64,000 bases of DNA from Escherichia coli (GTDB lineage: Bacteria; Pseudomonadota; Gammaproteobacteria; Enterobacterales; Enterobacteriaceae): NCBI RefSeq assembly GCF_050320075.1, contig NZ_CP190018.1, one strand, 5' to 3'. Made by a program: the position numbers and the translations under genes. Each line of letters opens with the position of its first letter. Positions within the stretch are counted from its first letter, which is position 1. Below the pieces are notes generated by a model. That model was not told where the DNA came from. It did not search any database and worked only from the letters and a program-made list of their open reading frames with translations. Positions 45,572-60,208 of this stretch are shown in pieces.

Positions 45572-45883
45572 ATGCACATCATTTCGAAAGCGCCATTTGA
45601 AGAGTGTGCGCGCAAATATCCTAACGACGCTCTGGCTCTACACTCATTGTATCGGGTTATTAAGGAAACGGATTTTTCTACACCAGAAGAAATGCGAACG
45701 GCGTTTCCTAACCTCGACAATTTTAAATATCGCAACAAATGGTACGTTCTGGATGTCGGCGGGAACAATCTTAGGGTTATTGCCTACATAAACTTTGTTA
45801 ATAAGCGGTTCTTTGTGAAGCACATAACGAATCACGCAGAGTATGACAAACTGACACGTTACTACAGAGAGAACAAAGAATGA
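45572..45883 (+). CDS. HigB-like (RelE/ParE superfamily) toxin
   Basis: 103 aa basic protein with NLDNFKYRNKWYVLDVGGNNLRVIAY segment resembling HigB-family toxins; toxin gene precedes antitoxin as in higBA. Confidence 0.8.
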   Translation: MHIISKAPFEECARKYPNDALALHSLYRVIKETDFSTPEEMRTAFPNLDNFKYRNKWYVLDVGGNNLRVIAYINFVNKRFFVKHITNHAEYDKLTRYYRENKE

Positions 45884-46299
45884 CTGCTAATGCTGCACGC
45901 GCTGTTAAAGCAACAAGAGAACTGGTCAATGCAGTCCCCTTTCTGGGAGGCAGTGACTCAGAAGATGATTATCGTGAAGCACTGGAACTGGTCGAATATT
46001 TGATTGAAGAAGATGACACCAATCCACTTATCGACTTTCTGGCGAGCCGCATTGCAGAATATGAAAACAACAACGAAAAGTTTGCAGAGTTCGACAAAGC
46101 CGTTGCAGCAATGCCGGTTGGCGTGGCCTTACTTCGTACGCTGATTGATCAACATAATTTGACCTATGCGGATTTGAAGAACGAAATCGGCTCTAAATCT
46201 CTGGTCAGTCAGATTTTGTCTGGGCAACGATCCCTGACGATATCCCATATTAAGGCACTTTCAGCCCGATTTGGCGTTAAGCCGGAATGGTTTCTTTGA
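45880..46299 (+). CDS. HigA-like HTH (XRE-family) antitoxin
   Basis: 139 aa, ATGA overlap with toxin stop; C-terminal HTH ...IGSKSLVSQILSGQRSLTISHIKALSARFGVKPEWF typical of HigA. Confidence 0.8.
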   Translation: MTANAARAVKATRELVNAVPFLGGSDSEDDYREALELVEYLIEEDDTNPLIDFLASRIAEYENNNEKFAEFDKAVAAMPVGVALLRTLIDQHNLTYADLKNEIGSKSLVSQILSGQRSLTISHIKALSARFGVKPEWFL

Positions 46300-46377
46300 T
46301 TTTGACTGATGCCAAACCCAAGATTGCCCGATGCGCAACGCTTATCGGGCTTTCCTGGTTCGTGCGACGGTAGTTAC

Positions 46378-49268
<2,891 letters not shown>

Positions 49269-49527
49269 CGGATTTTATCCTGTTATCAGTAGGGTAGATG
49301 TAGTTGTTATCAGTCGACGTGACGGAAAAATGCCGATGCTGAAACGGAATTAGGAAACCGGTTTCACAAAATCATGAATAGTTGTCACTAAATAAGCAAG
49401 AGAGTTAATTGTTCATTTTTTATATTTGTGAAACCGGTCACCTGAATATTTTTCCCGCCGATTGCGCAAGGACAATCGGCAAACGGTGCAGTACACTGCG
49501 TTGATTGCGTGTAAAGGGATGAAAATG

Positions 49528-50538
49528 ATGACGACGATGCTGGAAGTGGCGAAGCGCGCCGGGGTTTCAAAAGCGACCGTTTCCCGCGTGCTTTCAGGTA
49601 ATGGCTACGTCAGCCAGGAGACTAAAGATCGCGTGTTTCAGGCGGTAGAAGAGAGCGGTTACCGCCCAAACTTGCTGGCGCGCAATCTGTCGGCGAAGAG
49701 TACTCAGACGCTGGGGCTGGTCGTGACCAACACGCTTTACCACGGCATTTATTTTAGTGAATTACTCTTTCATGCCGCGCGAATGGCGGAAGAGAAAGGG
49801 CGACAGTTGCTATTGGCAGATGGTAAACACAGCGCCGAAGAAGAGCGCCAGGCGATTCAGTATCTGCTGGATTTGCGCTGCGACGCCATTATGATTTACC
49901 CGCGTTTTTTAAGCGTGGATGAGATTGATGACATCATTGACGCACACAGTCAGCCGATAATGGTGCTTAATCGCCGCCTGCGCAAAAACAGCAGCCATAG
50001 CGTCTGGTGCGATCATAAACAGACCAGCTTTAACGCCGTGGCAGAGTTGATAAACGCCGGACATCAGGAGATTGCTTTCCTTACCGGCTCGATGGATTCT
50101 CCCACCAGCATTGAACGTCTTGCCGGGTATAAAGACGCGCTGGCGCAGCATAGTATTGCGCTCAATGAAAAACTTATCGCTAACGGTAAATGGACGCCTG
50201 CCAGCGGGGCCGAAGGGGTAGAAACGTTGCTCGAACGTGGGGCTAAATTTAGCGCGTTAGTTGCCAGTAACGACGATATGGCGATAGGTGCGATGAAAGC
50301 GTTACACGAGCGCGGCGTAGCGGTGCCAGAGCAGGTGTCAGTTATCGGATTCGATGATATCGCCATTGCCCCCTATATCGTTCCGGCGCTCTCCAGCGTA
50401 AAAATTCCGGTGACTGAGATGATTCAGGAAATTATTGGACGGCTGATTTTTATGCTCGATGGTGGGGATTTCTCACCGCCGAAAACCTTCAGCGGAAAAC
50501 TGATCCGCCGCGGCTCCCTCATTGCTCTTTCGCAATAA
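49528..50538 (+). CDS. ascG: LacI-family repressor AscG
   Basis: 336 aa from MTTMLEVAKRAGVSKATVSRVL; ORF-track start 49462 judged an extension. Confidence 0.92.
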   Translation: MTTMLEVAKRAGVSKATVSRVLSGNGYVSQETKDRVFQAVEESGYRPNLLARNLSAKSTQTLGLVVTNTLYHGIYFSELLFHAARMAEEKGRQLLLADGKHSAEEERQAIQYLLDLRCDAIMIYPRFLSVDEIDDIIDAHSQPIMVLNRRLRKNSSHSVWCDHKQTSFNAVAELINAGHQEIAFLTGSMDSPTSIERLAGYKDALAQHSIALNEKLIANGKWTPASGAEGVETLLERGAKFSALVASNDDMAIGAMKALHERGVAVPEQVSVIGFDDIAIAPYIVPALSSVKIPVTEMIQEIIGRLIFMLDGGDFSPPKTFSGKLIRRGSLIALSQ

Positions 50539-50551
50539 ACATTGTCATCAC

Positions 50552-50585
50552 ATGTCATCGTCACTAGTGTCGATGACATCGTTTT
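50552..50585. terminator. Near-perfect 28-bp palindrome plus T-run downstream of ascG (probable intrinsic terminator)
   Basis: ATGTCATCGTCACTAGTGTCGATGACAT (13 of 14 positions complementary) followed by CGTTTTT; begins 14 nt after ascG stop. Confidence 0.55.
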
Positions 50586-50686
50586 TCCTGCATTACAGAA
50601 TTTAATTTCTTTAAATAACAGTAAATTAAAAACTGGCATGATTTGTGAATGTATCGGCGCATTAACTGTCATTGCTGGAGAATTTG

Positions 50687-51214
50687 ATGAACCGTTTCAT
50701 CATTGCTGACGCGAGTAAATGTATTGGTTGCCGTACCTGTGAAGTGGCGTGCGTGGTTTCTCATCAGGAGAATCAGGACTGTGCATCGCTGACCCCGGAA
50801 ACTTTTTTACCGCGAATCCATGTCATTAAAGGTGTGAACATTTCTACGGCAACAGTCTGCCGTCAGTGTGAAGATGCACCGTGCGCTAACGTCTGCCCAA
50901 ATGGTGCTATCAGCCGTGATAAAGGGTTTGTTCATGTGATGCAGGAACGTTGCATTGGTTGCAAAACCTGCGTTGTGGCTTGCCCGTATGGCGCGATGGA
51001 AGTGGTGGTACGTCCGGTGATTCGCAACAGCGGCGCAGGGCTGAATGTACGGGCTGACAAAGCCGAAGCCAATAAATGCGACCTCTGTAACCATCGTGAA
51101 GACGGCCCGGCGTGTATGGCGGCTTGCCCGACCCATGCGCTGATTTGTGTCGATCGTAATAAACTTGAACAACTGAGCGCAGAAAAACGCCGCCGTACGG
51201 CGCTGATGTTCTAA
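50687..51214 (+). CDS. hydN: Electron-transport ferredoxin-like protein HydN
   Basis: 175 aa from [22 protein letters not shown]; multiple 4Fe-4S motifs. Confidence 0.95.
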   Translation: MNRFIIADASKCIGCRTCEVACVVSHQENQDCASLTPETFLPRIHVIKGVNISTATVCRQCEDAPCANVCPNGAISRDKGFVHVMQERCIGCKTCVVACPYGAMEVVVRPVIRNSGAGLNVRADKAEANKCDLCNHREDGPACMAACPTHALICVDRNKLEQLSAEKRRRTALMF

Positions 51215-51366
51215 AAATCTTACAGAACTGTTCTGGCATCAAAGGAATTCCCGGAAATATTCGTAGAATACGGAGCGGGCGGTATCGCCGACCTGTGATT
51301 GCCGGATACGACGCTGTCGTGTCCGGCAGGGCGGGTTACGCAATTCATGATGGCGGGAATAACTCA

Positions 51367-53607
51367 ATGGCAAAAAACACATCTTGCGGTGTCCAACTGC
51401 GTATTCGTGGCAAAGTGCAGGGCGTCGGTTTTCGTCCGTTTGTCTGGCAGCTGGCACAGCAATTAAATCTTCACGGCGATGTCTGTAATGACGGCGATGG
51501 CGTAGAAGTCCGGCTGCTGGAAGACCCGGAAACGTTTCTTGTGCAGTTGCATCAGCACTGCCCGCCGCTGGCGCGTATTGATAGCGTCGAGCGTGAGCCG
51601 TTTATCTGGTCACAACTGCCCACCGAGTTCACTATACGCCAGAGCACAGGCGGCACCATGAATACGCAAATTGTTCCCGATGCCGCTACTTGCCCTGCCT
51701 GTCTTGCCGAAATGAATACCCCAGGCGAGCGGCGTTATCGTTATCCGTTTATCAACTGTACTCACTGTGGCCCGCGTTTCACCATTATTCGCGCCATGCC
51801 TTACGACCGCCCGTTTACCGTGATGGCGGCGTTTCCGTTGTGTCCGGCTTGTGACAAAGAGTACCGCGACCCGCTCGATCGTCGCTTCCACGCCCAGCCG
51901 GTGGCCTGCCCGGAGTGTGGCCCACATCTTGAATGGGTAAGTCATGGTGAACATGCGGAACAAGAGGCGGCATTACAGGCAGCTATCGCACAGTTAAAAA
52001 TGGGCAACATTGTCGCCATCAAAGGGATTGGCGGATTTCATCTTGCCTGCGATGCACGTAACAGTAACGCGGTGGCGACACTTCGGGCGCGCAAACATCG
52101 CCCGGCGAAACCGCTGGCGGTCATGTTGCCAGTGGCAGAAGGTTTACCAGACGCTGCGCGCCAGTTGCTCACCACACCCGCCGCGCCGATTGTGCTGGTG
52201 GATAAAAAATACGTTCCTGAGCTTTGTGATGATATCGCCCCTGGCCTTAACGAAGTTGGGGTGATGTTGCCTGCGAATCCGCTTCAGCATTTGCTGTTAC
52301 AGGAACTGCAATGTCCGCTGGTGATGACCTCCGGCAACCTGAGCGGTAAACCACCGGCTATCAGCAACGAACAGGCGCTGGCGGATTTGCAGGGCATTGC
52401 CGACGGATTCTTGCTACATAACCGCGACATCGTGCAGCGGATGGATGATTCGGTGGTGCGCGAAAGCGGCGAAATGCTGCGCCGTTCGCGGGGGTATGTG
52501 CCGGATGCGCTGGCTTTGCCTCCGGGCTTTAAAAATGTTCCGCCTGTGCTGTGTCTCGGCGCGGATCTGAAAAACACCTTCTGCCTGGTGCGCGGTGAAC
52601 AAGCGGTGTTGAGTCAGCATCTGGGCGATTTAAGTGACGATGGCATCCAGATGCAGTGGCGCGAAGCGTTACGCCTGATGCAAAACATCTACGATTTCAC
52701 TCCGCAATACGTTGTGCATGACGCGCATCCGGGCTATGTCTCCAGCCAGTGGGCACGCGAAATGAATCTGCCGACGCAAACGGTGCTGCATCATCATGCT
52801 CATGCGGCGGCGAGTCTGGCAGAGCATCAGTGGCCGCTGGATGGCGGTGATGTCATTGCGTTGACGCTCGACGGTATCGGTATGGGGGAGAACGGCGCTT
52901 TGTGGGGCGGCGAATGCCTGCGGGTGAACTATCGCGAATGTGAGCACCTGGGCGGCTTGCCTGCGGTGGCGCTTCCGGGGGGCGATTTGGCTGCAAAGCA
53001 GCCGTGGCGTAACCTGCTGGCGCAGTGCCTGCGCTTTGTGCCGGAGTGGCAGAATTACCCTGAAACGACAAGTGTGCAACAGCAAAACTGGAGCGTGCTG
53101 GCGCGGGCCATTGAGCGTGGAATTAACGCGCCGCTGGCGTCATCGTGTGGGCGTTTGTTCGATGCTGTGGCGGCGGCACTGGGCTGTGCGCCAGCCACGT
53201 TAAGTTATGAAGGTGAAGCGGCTTGTGCTCTGGAGGCGCTCGCAGCCTCATGCGACGGAGTGACGCATCCGGTGACGATGCCGCTGGTGGACAATCAACT
53301 GGATCTCGCCACTTTCTGGCAGCAGTGGCTGAACTGGCAGGCACCGGTTAATCAACGCGCGTGGGCGTTTCATGATGCGCTGGCGCAGGGTTTTGCCGCG
53401 TTGATGCGTGAGCAGGCCACGATGCGCGGTATCACTACGCTGGTATTTAGCGGTGGGGTTATTCATAACCGATTGCTGCGTACACGCCTGGCGCATTATC
53501 TCGCTGATTTCACATTACTCTTTCCGCAGAGTTTACCGGCGGGTGATGGCGGCTTGTCTCTGGGGCAGGGGGTTATTGCTGCGGCGCGCATCCTGCATGC
53601 TGCATAG
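51367..53607 (+). CDS. hypF: Carbamoyltransferase HypF
   Basis: 750 aa from [24 protein letters not shown]; acylphosphatase, Zn-finger CxxC pairs, YrdC and Kae1-like domains. Confidence 0.96.
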   Translation: MAKNTSCGVQLRIRGKVQGVGFRPFVWQLAQQLNLHGDVCNDGDGVEVRLLEDPETFLVQLHQHCPPLARIDSVEREPFIWSQLPTEFTIRQSTGGTMNTQIVPDAATCPACLAEMNTPGERRYRYPFINCTHCGPRFTIIRAMPYDRPFTVMAAFPLCPACDKEYRDPLDRRFHAQPVACPECGPHLEWVSHGEHAEQEAALQAAIAQLKMGNIVAIKGIGGFHLACDARNSNAVATLRARKHRPAKPLAVMLPVAEGLPDAARQLLTTPAAPIVLVDKKYVPELCDDIAPGLNEVGVMLPANPLQHLLLQELQCPLVMTSGNLSGKPPAISNEQALADLQGIADGFLLHNRDIVQRMDDSVVRESGEMLRRSRGYVPDALALPPGFKNVPPVLCLGADLKNTFCLVRGEQAVLSQHLGDLSDDGIQMQWREALRLMQNIYDFTPQYVVHDAHPGYVSSQWAREMNLPTQTVLHHHAHAAASLAEHQWPLDGGDVIALTLDGIGMGENGALWGGECLRVNYRECEHLGGLPAVALPGGDLAAKQPWRNLLAQCLRFVPEWQNYPETTSVQQQNWSVLARAIERGINAPLASSCGRLFDAVAAALGCAPATLSYEGEAACALEALAASCDGVTHPVTMPLVDNQLDLATFWQQWLNWQAPVNQRAWAFHDALAQGFAALMREQATMRGITTLVFSGGVIHNRLLRTRLAHYLADFTLLFPQSLPAGDGGLSLGQGVIAAARILHAA

Positions 53608-53649
53608 TGGCGGATGTGGCGTAACTAAGCGTAAAAAGAGCGCGGACAG

Positions 53650-53675
53650 TCCCCTCGCCCTTTGGGCGAGGGAGA
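53650..53675. terminator. Hairpin between convergent hypF and norW
   Basis: Stem CCCTCGCCC/GGGCGAGGG with loop TTT. Confidence 0.6.
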
Positions 53676-53684
53676 AAACCATGC

Positions 53685-54818
53685 CTACACCGGCAACGTT
53701 TTCAACAATCCAAACGCCTCTTTCATCCGATCCTCACTGACCACAAAGGCGCGAAGCTGGTCGGCATCATCAACACCGCGCGCCACCATTCCCTGGCGTT
53801 CGGTATTAATTTGCCAGCGTAAATCCTGACGCTGGGTTTCGCCTGCCAGATGCAGCGGTAATTCTGGCGTTTTGATTTTCACCAGCATCGCAGGGAGTTT
53901 CAGCGGCGTGTTATTGCCGAGAAGATTTTTTGCCAGCACCATCGCGCTAAGTTGAATCGGCTGGAGGAACGGCAATACCTGACCGTTAATTTCCGTGCAA
54001 TCGCCCAGCGCATAAATATCGGCATTACTGGTTTGCAGATAACTATCGACGCAAACGCCGCGATTAATCGTCAGCCCGGCGCGTCGTGCCAGGGCGGTTT
54101 CCGGGCGCAGTCCGGTGGCGGCAATTACCGCATCCACTTCGATGCTGCGCTGGCGGTCCAGCGTTGCCAGAATGCCAGAATCCGTTTTTTCCAGCCCCTG
54201 CAACTGAGATTTTAACAGCAGATGAACGCCAATCTCCGTCAACCGATGCTGCAAGCGGCTGCTTACTTCCGGTGGCATTAACGATGCCAGAATACTGGCA
54301 GCGTTGTCGATTAGCGTGACCGCTTTGCCTGCACGACAAAAATCCATCGCCAGTTCGCTACCAATCAAGCCACCGCCAACAATCAATACGCGTCGGGCAT
54401 CCCGCAGTTGCGTTTCACAGGCGCGATACTCTTGCTGACTATTTAATGTCAGCATTAACTCACGCCCAGGCACTGGCGGGACAAAGGCGCTGGCTCCGGT
54501 TGCCAGCACTAACTTGTCGTATTGCCACTGATTATTCTGACTTTTCACCACATGGGCTTCGGCATCGATATCCGTCACCCAGGTGTGCGGAAACAGGTGC
54601 AGATTAAACTGCTCGGCAAATTCACCCGCCGTCTGGCGGGTAAGGTCATCGGCACGTTGCCCCTGGCTGATAACATGGCTGAGATCCGGTTTGTTGTACT
54701 CATCCATGCTGTCGGCGGCAATCAGAGTTAATGGAATACTGGCGTCCTGTTTGCGAATATTTTTCACCAGTTGGCGGGCGGCGAAGCCCGAACCAATGAT
54801 CACAATGCCGTTGCTCAT
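53685..54818 (-). CDS. norW: NADH:flavorubredoxin reductase NorW
   Basis: 377 aa, FAD/NAD Rossmann GSGFAA and GGGLIG. Confidence 0.95.
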   Translation of the reverse strand: MSNGIVIIGSGFAARQLVKNIRKQDASIPLTLIAADSMDEYNKPDLSHVISQGQRADDLTRQTAGEFAEQFNLHLFPHTWVTDIDAEAHVVKSQNNQWQYDKLVLATGASAFVPPVPGRELMLTLNSQQEYRACETQLRDARRVLIVGGGLIGSELAMDFCRAGKAVTLIDNAASILASLMPPEVSSRLQHRLTEIGVHLLLKSQLQGLEKTDSGILATLDRQRSIEVDAVIAATGLRPETALARRAGLTINRGVCVDSYLQTSNADIYALGDCTEINGQVLPFLQPIQLSAMVLAKNLLGNNTPLKLPAMLVKIKTPELPLHLAGETQRQDLRWQINTERQGMVARGVDDADQLRAFVVSEDRMKEAFGLLKTLPV

Positions 54819-56254
54819 TTTGCCTCCGATGCCAGTTCGTCAAAGACGTCTTTGCCGAGAGAGCATTCCGGGCACAGGAAGTTATCCGGGACTTCACTCC
54901 ACGGCGTTCCTGGCGCAACGTCCTGCATTGGCTCGCCTTTTGCCGGATCGTAAATCCACTGGCAGACGCTGCACTGCATCCGTGGGCCGAGGTCAGCCGT
55001 CGTGTTGGCAGAGGTTTCTTCTTTAACCACCGTATTCACCGTGCTCTGCGGCAGCGGCGCGAGCGCCCACTGACGGGCGATTTCGCGACCGTGTTCACGG
55101 CATAACTCCAGAGCGTCCTGGTCCGGTCGCCATTTGGCTTTCAGGCTAAGCGACATTTCGAAACCTGCATCCTGCAGGCGTGTGGAAAGACGATCCACCG
55201 CACCGCCGCTCCAGCCGTGAGAGCCGAAAGCACTGGCGCGTTTGTTACGGAAGCGTAAACCAGTCATCTCCTCCACCAGCCCGGCGATTTTCGGCATCAT
55301 CACATTATTCATCGTAGAAGTGCCGACCAGCACGCCTTTTGAGCGGAAGACATTGGTCAGGATTTCGTTTTTATCGCTTCGGGCGACGTTGAAAATTTTC
55401 ACCGCCACGCGTGGGTCGGTTTCCGCAATACCCTGGGCGATAGCATCGGCCATCATGCGGGTATTATTCGACATGGTGTCGTAGAAAATGGTGATTCTGT
55501 CTTCCTGATAATCCGCCGCCCATTTCAGGTACAGCTCGACAATTTGCGTCGGGTTATCGCGCCATACCACGCCGTGAGAGGTCGCTATCATATCGACTGG
55601 TAAGTTAAAGCCCAGGATCTCGGTAATTTTCGGCGTTACCAGGCGGCTGAACGGCGTCAGGATATTGGCGTAGTAACGCTGGCACTGCTCGAAAAGCTCC
55701 GTCTGATCCACTTCATCGTTGAACAGATGCTCGTCGCAGTAGTGCTGACCGAAAGCATCGTTACTGAATAGCACCGCGTCGCCTGTCAGGTAAGTCATCA
55801 TGCTGTCCGGCCAGTGCAGCATTGGCGTTTCGACAAAAATGAGCTGTTTGCCGTTGCCGATATCCAGTGTGTCGCCAGTTTTCACCACATTAAAATTCCA
55901 CTCCGGATGATGGTGATGACCATTTATCGAGTCGATAGCGTTGGCAGTACAGTAAATCGGCGTATCGGGAATTTGCGCCATCAGTTCGGTCAGCGCCCCG
56001 GCGTGGTCCTCTTCAGCATGGTTAATCACGATGTAATCGATATCCGCCAGATCGATTTCATTACGCAGGTTCTGCACAAATTCGCGGCTGAATTTATGGT
56101 CAACGGTGTCGATCAGCACGTTTTTTTCTTCGCGGATGAGGTAGCTGTTGTAGCTGCTGCCGCGCAGCGTTTTATATTCCGTGCCGTGAAAATCACGCAC
56201 TTCCCAGTCACGTTGACCAACCCAATGAATGTTATTTTTCACCACAATAGACAT
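54815..56254 (-). CDS. norV: Anaerobic nitric oxide reductase flavorubredoxin NorV
   Basis: 479 aa, metallo-beta-lactamase-like + flavodoxin + C-terminal rubredoxin (CSVCQ...CPEC). Confidence 0.96.
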   Translation of the reverse strand: MSIVVKNNIHWVGQRDWEVRDFHGTEYKTLRGSSYNSYLIREEKNVLIDTVDHKFSREFVQNLRNEIDLADIDYIVINHAEEDHAGALTELMAQIPDTPIYCTANAIDSINGHHHHPEWNFNVVKTGDTLDIGNGKQLIFVETPMLHWPDSMMTYLTGDAVLFSNDAFGQHYCDEHLFNDEVDQTELFEQCQRYYANILTPFSRLVTPKITEILGFNLPVDMIATSHGVVWRDNPTQIVELYLKWAADYQEDRITIFYDTMSNNTRMMADAIAQGIAETDPRVAVKIFNVARSDKNEILTNVFRSKGVLVGTSTMNNVMMPKIAGLVEEMTGLRFRNKRASAFGSHGWSGGAVDRLSTRLQDAGFEMSLSLKAKWRPDQDALELCREHGREIARQWALAPLPQSTVNTVVKEETSANTTADLGPRMQCSVCQWIYDPAKGEPMQDVAPGTPWSEVPDNFLCPECSLGKDVFDELASEAK

Positions 56255-56301
56255 AGCAACCTCAATTTATTCAGCGTGTTCTAAAAAGATGTCTTGCTAA
56301 T

Positions 56302-56317
56302 TGCAGATTGCGTGCCA
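56302..56317 (-). promoter_or_regulatory. sigma54 promoter of norVW
   Basis: Minus-strand TGGCAC-GCAAT-CTGCA (GG-N10-GC) about 45 nt upstream of norV start. Confidence 0.7.
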
Positions 56318-56373
56318 GTTTTTTATCTGATTGTTTTTACTCTATAAATAAAATTATGCTCATTAATGAGTAG

Positions 56374-56429
56374 TCAAAATGACTATCAATCAAATGGTCG
56401 ATATGACAATATCTATAGTCAAATTGACA
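56374..56429. promoter_or_regulatory. Three NorR enhancer sites (GT-N7-AC)
   Basis: GTCAAAATGAC 56374-56384, GTCGATATGAC 56398-56408, GTCAAATTGAC 56419-56429 in the norR-norV intergenic region. Confidence 0.75.
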
Positions 56430-56440
56430 GTGAGGCAAAG

Positions 56441-57955
56441 ATGAGTTTTTCCGTTGATGTGCTGGCGAATATCGCCATCGAATTGCAGCGTGGGATTGGT
56501 CATCAGGATCGTTTTCAGCGCCTGATCACCACGCTGCGTCAGGTGCTGGAGTGTGATGCCTCTGCGTTGCTACGTTATGACTCGCGGCAGTTTATTCCGC
56601 TTGCCATCGACGGGCTGGCGAAGGATGTACTCGGTAGACGCTTTGCGCTGGAAGGGCATCCACGGCTGGAAGCGATTGCCCGCGCCGGGGACGTGGTGCG
56701 CTTTCCCGCAGACAGCGAATTGCCCGATCCCTATGACGGTTTGATTCCCGGGCAGGAGAGTCTGAAGGTTCACGCCTGCGTTGGTCTGCCATTGTTTGCC
56801 GGACAAAACCTGATCGGCGCATTGACGCTCGACGGGATGCAGCCCGATCAGTTCGATGTTTTCAGTGACGAAGAGTTACGGCTGATTGCCGCGCTGGCGG
56901 CGGGAGCGTTAAGCAATGCGTTGCTGATTGAACAACTGGAAAGTCAGAATATGCTGCCAGGCGATGCCGCGCCGTTTGAAGCAGTGAAACAGACGCAGAT
57001 GATCGGTCTGTCGCCAGGTATGACGCAATTGAAAAAAGAGATTGAGATTGTGGCGGCGTCCGATCTCAACGTCCTGATCAGCGGTGAGACGGGAACCGGT
57101 AAGGAGCTGGTGGCGAAAGCGATTCATGAAGCCTCGCCACGGGCGGTGAATCCGCTGGTCTATCTCAACTGTGCCGCACTGCCGGAAAGTGTGGCGGAAA
57201 GTGAACTGTTCGGGCATGTGAAAGGAGCGTTTACTGGCGCTATCAGTAACCGCAGCGGGAAGTTTGAAATGGCGGATAACGGCACGCTGTTTCTCGATGA
57301 GATCGGCGAGTTGTCGTTGGCATTGCAGGCCAAGCTGCTGCGGGTGTTGCAGTATGGCGATATTCAGCGCGTTGGCGATGACCGCAGTTTGCGGGTCGAT
57401 GTGCGCGTGCTGGCGGCGACTAACCGTGACTTACGCGAAGAGGTACTGGCAGGGCGATTTCGCGCTGACTTGTTCCACCGCCTGAGCGTGTTTCCACTTT
57501 CAGTGCCGCCGCTGCGTGAGCGGGGCGATGATGTCATTCTGCTGGCGGGGTATTTCTGCGAGCAGTGTCGTTTGCGGCTGGGGCTCTCCCGCGTGGTATT
57601 AAGTGCCGGAGCGCGAAATTTACTGCAACACTACAATTTTCCGGGGAACGTTCGTGAACTGGAACATGCTATTCATCGGGCGGTAGTGCTGGCGAGAGCA
57701 ACCCGCAGCGGCGATGAAGTGATTCTTGAGGCGCAACATTTTGCTTTTCCTGAGGTGACGTTGCCGCCGCCAGAAGTGGCGGCGGTGCCCGTTGTTAAGC
57801 AAAACCTGCGTGAAGCGACAGAAGCGTTCCTGCGTGAAACCATTCGTCAGGCGCTGGCGCAAAATCATCACAACTGGGCCGCCTGTGCGCGGATGCTGGA
57901 AACCGACGTCGCCAACCTGCATCGGCTGGCGAAACGTCTGGGGCTGAAGGATTAA
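56441..57955 (+). CDS. norR: NO-responsive sigma54-dependent activator NorR
   Basis: 504 aa from [18 protein letters not shown]; GAF domain, AAA+ GETGTGKE and GAFTGA, C-terminal HTH. Confidence 0.96.
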   Translation: MSFSVDVLANIAIELQRGIGHQDRFQRLITTLRQVLECDASALLRYDSRQFIPLAIDGLAKDVLGRRFALEGHPRLEAIARAGDVVRFPADSELPDPYDGLIPGQESLKVHACVGLPLFAGQNLIGALTLDGMQPDQFDVFSDEELRLIAALAAGALSNALLIEQLESQNMLPGDAAPFEAVKQTQMIGLSPGMTQLKKEIEIVAASDLNVLISGETGTGKELVAKAIHEASPRAVNPLVYLNCAALPESVAESELFGHVKGAFTGAISNRSGKFEMADNGTLFLDEIGELSLALQAKLLRVLQYGDIQRVGDDRSLRVDVRVLAATNRDLREEVLAGRFRADLFHRLSVFPLSVPPLRERGDDVILLAGYFCEQCRLRLGLSRVVLSAGARNLLQHYNFPGNVRELEHAIHRAVVLARATRSGDEVILEAQHFAFPEVTLPPPEVAAVPVVKQNLREATEAFLRETIRQALAQNHHNWAACARMLETDVANLHRLAKRLGLKD

Positions 57956-58917
57956 ATAATCCCGGCCTGATAGAAATCCTGCAGGTTAATTGCGCCGGTG
58001 AGTTTGCCGTTTTCATCCACCACCGGTGCGGCAGTGATTTTGCGCTTCATCAGGATCTCTTTGGCGTCGATGGCACGGCTTTGCGCCTGTAATGTGGTGC
58101 CGCCTGTCGTCATCGCTTCATTAACTGGCGTGGTGAGTGCGCCGCCGCCAACCAGCCAGCGACGTAAATCACCGTCGGTAAAGACGCCTTGTACCTGTTG
58201 TTGAGCGTCACATACCGCCACCAGCCCCAGACCAGTGCGGCTAAGTTCCAGCATCGCGTCCATCACGCTGGCGGTTAACGCCACCTGCGGGATGGCATCG
58301 TCACGACGCATAAGATGATGCACTTTGTTCAGCAAGCGAGCGCCCAGCGCACCGGCTGGATGTGAACGGGCAAAATCTTCTTCATTAAAACCGCGCGCCT
58401 GCATGACTGCCATCGCCAGCGCGTCGCCCATCATCAGGGTATTTACAGTGCTGGAAGTCGGCGCAAGGTGCATCGGGCAGGCTTCGCGTTCTACGGAAAT
58501 ATCCAGCACCGCTTTCGCCGCCAGGCCCAGCGGTGACGTCGGTTTGCCGGTCATCGCCAGCAGCGCGATAGATTTATCTTCCAGACGCGGAATAATCAGA
58601 TCCAGTTCCTTCGCGCCACCGGAGTAAGAGATAAACAGCATCACATCGCGGCTTTCGATCATCCCCAGGTCGCCGTGCAATGCCTCTGCCGGATGGACAA
58701 AAAAGGCAGGAGTGCCGGTGCTGGCAAGCGTTGCGGCGATTTTCTTACCAATGTGGCCCGATTTGCCAATTCCCGAAACCACCACTTTACCTTCGCAGTG
58801 CAGGATGATATTGGCGGCGCGAACAAAATCATCGCCCAGACGTTCCGGTAAACGGCTTGCTTCCTGTAACTCCAGCATTAACGTCTGACGTCCCGCGTTC
58901 AGTAGTGCTTCACTCAT
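57952..58917 (-). CDS. gutQ: D-arabinose 5-phosphate isomerase GutQ (SIS + CBS domains)
   Basis: 321 aa. Confidence 0.95.
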   Translation of the reverse strand: MSEALLNAGRQTLMLELQEASRLPERLGDDFVRAANIILHCEGKVVVSGIGKSGHIGKKIAATLASTGTPAFFVHPAEALHGDLGMIESRDVMLFISYSGGAKELDLIIPRLEDKSIALLAMTGKPTSPLGLAAKAVLDISVEREACPMHLAPTSSTVNTLMMGDALAMAVMQARGFNEEDFARSHPAGALGARLLNKVHHLMRRDDAIPQVALTASVMDAMLELSRTGLGLVAVCDAQQQVQGVFTDGDLRRWLVGGGALTTPVNEAMTTGGTTLQAQSRAIDAKEILMKRKITAAPVVDENGKLTGAINLQDFYQAGII

Positions 58918-59683
58918 TGCTCTCTCCGGTTATGATCACATCGATCCCTTTCTTTTCCAGCGCCTGACGAAACGCCGGATCGATACCTGCGTCGGTAATT
59001 AGCTTATCGACGCTTTCAAGACTGCAAACTACGTTGGGGCTTTTACGGCCAAACTTTGATGAGTCTGCCATCAAAATCACTTCGCGCGCGGCATTGCACA
59101 TTGCCTTACTGACGGTATAAACCTCGTTGAACGTGGTTACGCCCGCATTGAGATCGATGCCGTCGGTGCCCATAAACAATTTATCGAAGGTGAAATGCTC
59201 GAAGGCATTCTCTGCCAGTTGCCCGTGAAATGAGGCCGATTTTTTACGAAATGTTCCGCCTGGCATCAGGATAGTTTGTTCGTTATCCAGTTCGGATAGC
59301 GCATTGACGATATGCAGGCTGTTGGTCATCACTGTGATGTTATTAAAGCGCGAGAGCAGGGGAACCATCTGCAAAACGGTACTGCCAGCATCAAGAATGA
59401 TCGAATCGCCATCATGGATAAAACTAACGGCAGCTTCTGCAATCAGCTCTTTCTTGTGGGTGTTGATGAGAGTTTTATGATCGATAGGCGGATCGGATTC
59501 CTCTTTATTCAACACCACTCCGCCATAAGTACGAATGACGGTTCCGGCATGTTCCAGAATGACCAGATCTTTGCGGATGGTTGTGCCTGTGGTGTCAAAG
59601 TATTGCGCCAATTCTTCAACCGAGCATTTACCCTGCTTTTGCAGATACTCCAGAATGGCGGCCTGACGCTGACGAGGTTTCAT
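58910..59683 (-). CDS. srlR: Glucitol operon repressor SrlR (DeoR family)
   Basis: 257 aa. Confidence 0.95.
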   Translation of the reverse strand: MKPRQRQAAILEYLQKQGKCSVEELAQYFDTTGTTIRKDLVILEHAGTVIRTYGGVVLNKEESDPPIDHKTLINTHKKELIAEAAVSFIHDGDSIILDAGSTVLQMVPLLSRFNNITVMTNSLHIVNALSELDNEQTILMPGGTFRKKSASFHGQLAENAFEHFTFDKLFMGTDGIDLNAGVTTFNEVYTVSKAMCNAAREVILMADSSKFGRKSPNVVCSLESVDKLITDAGIDPAFRQALEKKGIDVIITGESNE

Positions 59684-59749
59684 GGGCGTGATTACCTGAT
59701 TTAGGTTTCAAAATGATAACTTCGCAAGCAAGTAACATTCACAACGAAA

Positions 59750-60109
59750 TTATCCACGTTTCAGTTTAAGCGCCAATGATAGAGCATTCTGTGATAGTGG
59801 ATCATGGGGAAAGATCACATCGGGCTGTAAATCACCCGCATGCATACCGGTAATTGCGGGAATTTTTTGCGGTCGGGCGAAGACGGTCAGTCCTTTCATA
59901 AACAAGGTGTCGACGATGCGTTGCTGATCGTCTAGCGCGATGGCGACCACGACCCGCGGTTTAAAGCGCCCGCTGGAACGGCCCACGCCAACCCGCCCTT
60001 GCTGGCATAGTGTGTCGAAAGCACGGTTAAAACGAGAAATTTGCCAACCGCCTAAGGCCAGTTGCGCACACCAGGCGATAACGGCGACGGTGATGAGTGC
60101 GGATACCAT
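59750..60109 (-). CDS. gutM: Glucitol operon activator GutM
   Basis: 119 aa. Confidence 0.93.
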   Translation of the reverse strand: MVSALITVAVIAWCAQLALGGWQISRFNRAFDTLCQQGRVGVGRSSGRFKPRVVVAIALDDQQRIVDTLFMKGLTVFARPQKIPAITGMHAGDLQPDVIFPHDPLSQNALSLALKLKRG

Positions 60110-60144
60110 AACTTTTCCTTAATGTAGTGGCGGAAGTCCTGTAG

Positions 60145-60169
60145 GCCTGATGAGCGTAGCGCATCAGGC
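60145..60169. repeat. REP-like palindromic element
   Basis: GCCTGATGAGCGTAGCGCATCAGGC, arms GCCTGATG/CATCAGGC, resembling E. coli REP sequences. Confidence 0.45.
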
Positions 60170-60183
60170 ATTTTATTAGTCTC

Positions 60184-60208
60184 GCGGAGATCCTTAACGG
60201 ATCTCCGC
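60184..60208. terminator. Perfect hairpin immediately downstream of srlD
   Basis: GCGGAGATCC-TTAAC-GGATCTCCGC, 10-bp perfect stem, 6 nt after srlD stop codon. Confidence 0.5.

Noticed and set aside
49462-49527. Upstream extension of ascG (358-aa version)
   Set aside because: LacI-family HTH begins at MTTMLEVAKRAG; shorter start gives the expected 336 aa.
56366-56440. Upstream extension of norR (529-aa version)
   Set aside because: Would place coding sequence over the three NorR enhancer sites; NorR N-terminus MSFSVD starts at 56441.
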